In this document: positions 53,081 through 55,094 of the stretch, one piece after another
How positions within the stretch are numbered: the first letter of the stretch is position 1
Layout: each line of letters begins with the position of its first letter
From: Thermoflexia bacterium
GTDB taxonomy: Bacteria > Chloroflexota > Anaerolineae > B4-G1 > SLSP01
Direction: 5' to 3'
DNA: 55,094 nucleotides
Assembly: GCA_011192175.1 (NCBI GenBank)
Contig: DUEJ01000012.1
Coordinates: forward strand, 1-55,094
Program-made: the position numbers and the translations under genes
Notes under the pieces: generated by a model
The model's input: the letters and a program-made list of their open reading frames with translations, nothing else
The model's database searches: none
What the model was told of the DNA's origin: nothing

Positions 53081-53131
53081 CTGTTAATCTGTTGATTTGC
53101 TGATTTGCATATTTGCTGATTTGTCCATTTC
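53081..53131. repeat. ATTTG-repeat block flanking the four-helix-bundle gene (leader-proximal side)
   Basis: CTGTTAATCTGTTGATTTGCTGATTTGCATATTTGCTGATTTGTCCATTTC. Confidence 0.8.
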
Positions 53132-53390
53132 ACAAAAAAACGCCCCGCATCCTCTTGGGACGTGGGGCGCACGTGGTTCCACCCAAGTTCCCCGCAAATT
53201 AACGTGGGGCACTCGAAAGGCTTTAACGGACCTATCCGGGTATCTATACTGGTTAACAACGTTCCAGATACCGCTCACGAGGGGTTTTCTCCGGGTTCTG
53301 CTGAAGCAGGCTCTCAATCGGTGGCCCGCTCTCCCTGTCACTTTCCACCGGGCACTCGTCTCGCTCAACGCGTTGGCAAAATCAACTATC
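53131..53390 (-). promoter_or_regulatory. T-box leader (tRNA-sensing riboswitch) with intrinsic terminator
   Basis: The minus strand carries the T-box sequence CUUGGGUGGAACCACGUG (53170-53187). It is followed directly by the terminator GCGCCCCAC...GCGGGGCG plus U7 (53134-53170). Upstream stem-I-like elements are GGUGGAAAG and GGGAGAG, and a candidate specifier is ACC (Thr) in GGGCC-ACC-GA. Confidence 0.7.
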
Positions 53391-53393
53391 AAA

Positions 53394-53422
53394 ATTATAG
53401 TCTTAGTTGACGTGGTTGTCAA
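53394..53422 (-). promoter_or_regulatory. Consensus sigma-70 promoter of the T-box leader
   Basis: The minus strand reads TTGACA-17 nt-TATAAT, an exact consensus. Confidence 0.65.
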
Positions 53423-53497
53423 GAGGTCTCATTGTGATAAAGTATCTACTCAATCCCTAGTTTCACAGAGAGAGAAGAGAGAAAACAAACTTTGGTC

Positions 53498-53606
53498 TAC
53501 TGAAAAACTAAGTATTTAACCACGAAGGCGCAAAGGCGCGAAGATTTGGGAACTTAAATTTTTTCTTAGCGACTTAGCGTCTTTGCGGGGAGCTCCCTTT
53601 GTTCAG
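53498..53606. repeat. Family A element, inverted copy A3
   Basis: TACTGAAAAACTAAGTATTTAACCACGAAGGCGCAAAGGCGCGAAGATTT...CTTAGCGACTTAGCGTCTTTGCGGGGAGCTCCCTTTGTTCAG is the reverse orientation of A1/A2. Confidence 0.75.
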
Positions 53607-53711
53607 GGGAAGCAAACTTAATCTTTCTAAAGCTCATTTTTGCTCGGCACCCTCCGTGTTTCCATGGTGAAATCTTTTAGGTAATCATGCAGTAGGAAGT
53701 GGAGGCGCTCG

Positions 53712-54749
53712 TTGCCGTTTTTGATTGATGGGCATAATGTGATCGGCAAGTTGCCGGATATTGCGCTGGACGATCCGCACGACGAGGTTAAGTTGGTGTT
53801 GAAGTTGCGCGTTTGGGCCAGCCGCAAGCGCCGTAAGGCGACGGTGGTTTTTGACAGCGGGTTGCCAGGTGGCTATTCGCGCGAGCTCTCTGGCGGCGGA
53901 TTAGAGGTGGTTTTCGCGGCTCGAGGTCATACGATTGCTGATCGTATTATCATGGAGCGGTTGCGCTATCTACCCGATGCGGCCAACTGGACGGTGGTCT
54001 CCTCTGATCGCGAGGTGCTGGCTGCCGCGCGGCGGGCCGGCGCGCGGACGTTGACGGCGCAAGAGTTTGTGAAGCAACTGGCGCCTACGCCGCGCATCTC
54101 CTGGCAGCGGCGGGAGGAGGTCTCGGAGGAGGAGGTGGCGGAGTGGTTGGAGCTCTTTAGCCGCGAGAAACCCCATTCAGCGTTGGGCGAGGTGGGAGAG
54201 TGGCCGGAACAGGAGAGAGACGTGTCCCCGGAGACGCCTCACCCTCCAGCGCGGCAAAAACAAAGCTGGGCAGCGCACCCACCGTCTGGCCATACTCAAC
54301 GTCCATTGGGGGAGTTGGCGGGCCTAACGTTACCGGCTGAGGGAGTAGAGACCAAGCTGGTTAAATCCCCAAAGGGAAAACCTGACCAGGCTTCTCCGGC
54401 GGAAGTGGAAGAGTGGTTGGAGATCTTTGGAGATGGCGCGGCGGAAGTACCGCCGGTGGAGTTTCGGCCCAACGCGGAGCGGCAGCAGCGCGAGTTGGCG
54501 ATGGGCAAGGAGAATCCAGAGGCGCTTTCGCCAGCGGAGGTGAACGACTGGCTACAGCTCTTTGAACGGCACACGGTGGACCGGGGCGTCGCGCCACCTG
54601 AGAAGCAAGCAACTGCGCCGGTACAGCGGAGCCAGAAGTTGCAGGCACACAAACGCCAGCAGCAGGGAGATAAGCATAAGGTAGAGGGACTGGACGCGGC
54701 AGAGTTGGAGGAGTGGTACCAGTTGTTCGGCAAGGAGCCGGATTTTTAG
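53712..54749 (+). CDS. YacP-like NYN-domain RNase with a repeat-containing C-terminal extension
   Basis: TTG start lies 6 nt after GGAGG. The N-terminal FLIDGHNVIG...VVFD...VVSSDREV fits the NYN_YacP pattern. The C-terminal 210 aa carries four (S/A)xxE(V/L)(E/A/N)(E/D)W(L/Y)(E/Q)(L/I)F motifs. Confidence 0.7.
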   Translation: MPFLIDGHNVIGKLPDIALDDPHDEVKLVLKLRVWASRKRRKATVVFDSGLPGGYSRELSGGGLEVVFAARGHTIADRIIMERLRYLPDAANWTVVSSDREVLAAARRAGARTLTAQEFVKQLAPTPRISWQRREEVSEEEVAEWLELFSREKPHSALGEVGEWPEQERDVSPETPHPPARQKQSWAAHPPSGHTQRPLGELAGLTLPAEGVETKLVKSPKGKPDQASPAEVEEWLEIFGDGAAEVPPVEFRPNAERQQRELAMGKENPEALSPAEVNDWLQLFERHTVDRGVAPPEKQATAPVQRSQKLQAHKRQQQGDKHKVEGLDAAELEEWYQLFGKEPDF

Positions 54750-54761
54750 CGAGGAGCGGAG

Positions 54762-55094
54762 ATGCAATACTTTTTGGTGCATTATGGTGAGTTAGGGCTG
54801 AAGGGTCTCAACCGGCCAGATTTTGAGAAGCGGTTGACGCACAATATGTGGGTGGCGTTGGACGGGTTGGGGGGACGCAAGGTTAAACGGTTTCACGGCT
54901 ACATGCTGGTCGGCGTGGCCGAGGCCGCGCCCTCGGCGGAGGTGGAGCGGCGGCTGGCGGCAATCTTTGGGATTGCGTATTTTGCGCCGGCGTTGCAGGT
55001 GGCTCCAGAGTTGGCGGCGATTCGAGCAGCCGCGCTCCGTTTGGCGCGGGAGTCGCTCACGGCGGAGACTTCCTTCGCGGTGAAGACGCGACGG
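54762..55094 (+). CDS. thiI: tRNA 4-thiouridine synthase ThiI, N-terminal part (3' end beyond window)
   Basis: MQYFLVHYGELGLKGLNRPDFEKRL matches the ThiI N-terminal ferredoxin-like/THUMP start (ygEi.lKg.NR..Fe). The frame stays open to the window end. Confidence 0.6.
   Translation, partial: MQYFLVHYGELGLKGLNRPDFEKRLTHNMWVALDGLGGRKVKRFHGYMLVGVAEAAPSAEVERRLAAIFGIAYFAPALQVAPELAAIRAAALRLARESLTAETSFAVKTRR

Overview
This is a 55-kb chromosomal window of moderately high GC, read by eye. The gene content is consistent with a Chloroflexota-like bacterium, but that assignment is low-confidence inference. The window opens in the origin-proximal rnpA-yidD-yidC-jag-parA string and otherwise carries mostly housekeeping and transport genes. 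These include a MobA-like/HAD fusion, a LysM protein, a REC protein and a GNAT. A sucrose-phosphate synthase sits next to trehalose synthase, followed by a REC-GAF-adenylate cyclase, mnmA and glmS. Then come a sugar ABC importer (binding protein plus two permeases), coaE and an ABC-F ATPase. Further on are a GT2 glycosyltransferase with an ABC-2 permease, pyruvate:ferredoxin oxidoreductase and an ECF transporter (S, fused AA', T). A tandem solute-binding protein is followed by a DUF1576-like membrane protein, then apgM, uvrC, rnhB, thrS, a YacP/NYN protein and the start of thiI. RNA features I can support are a glmS ribozyme, a T-box leader, two tandem tRNA-Ala genes and one tRNA-Glu. The most unusual points are these. 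(1) A four-helix-bundle gene of the 23S-rRNA-intervening-sequence protein family, bracketed by mutually complementary CAAAT/ATTTG repeat blocks, sits between the T-box leader and thrS. (2) A small accessory islet at tRNA-Glu holds an SPPY-type DNA methyltransferase plus an unknown 338-aa protein, an RHH-like protein plus a small Cys-rich membrane protein, and a truncated MFS gene. (3) A binding-protein/DUF1576/mini-protein operon has no ABC permease or ATPase. (4) At least seven families of short interspersed repeats fill most of the larger intergenic gaps. One separates the glmS ribozyme from glmS, one supplies the coaE C-terminus, and one appears to truncate the MFS gene. No CRISPR array, rRNA, intact transposase or recognisable known defence system was seen.
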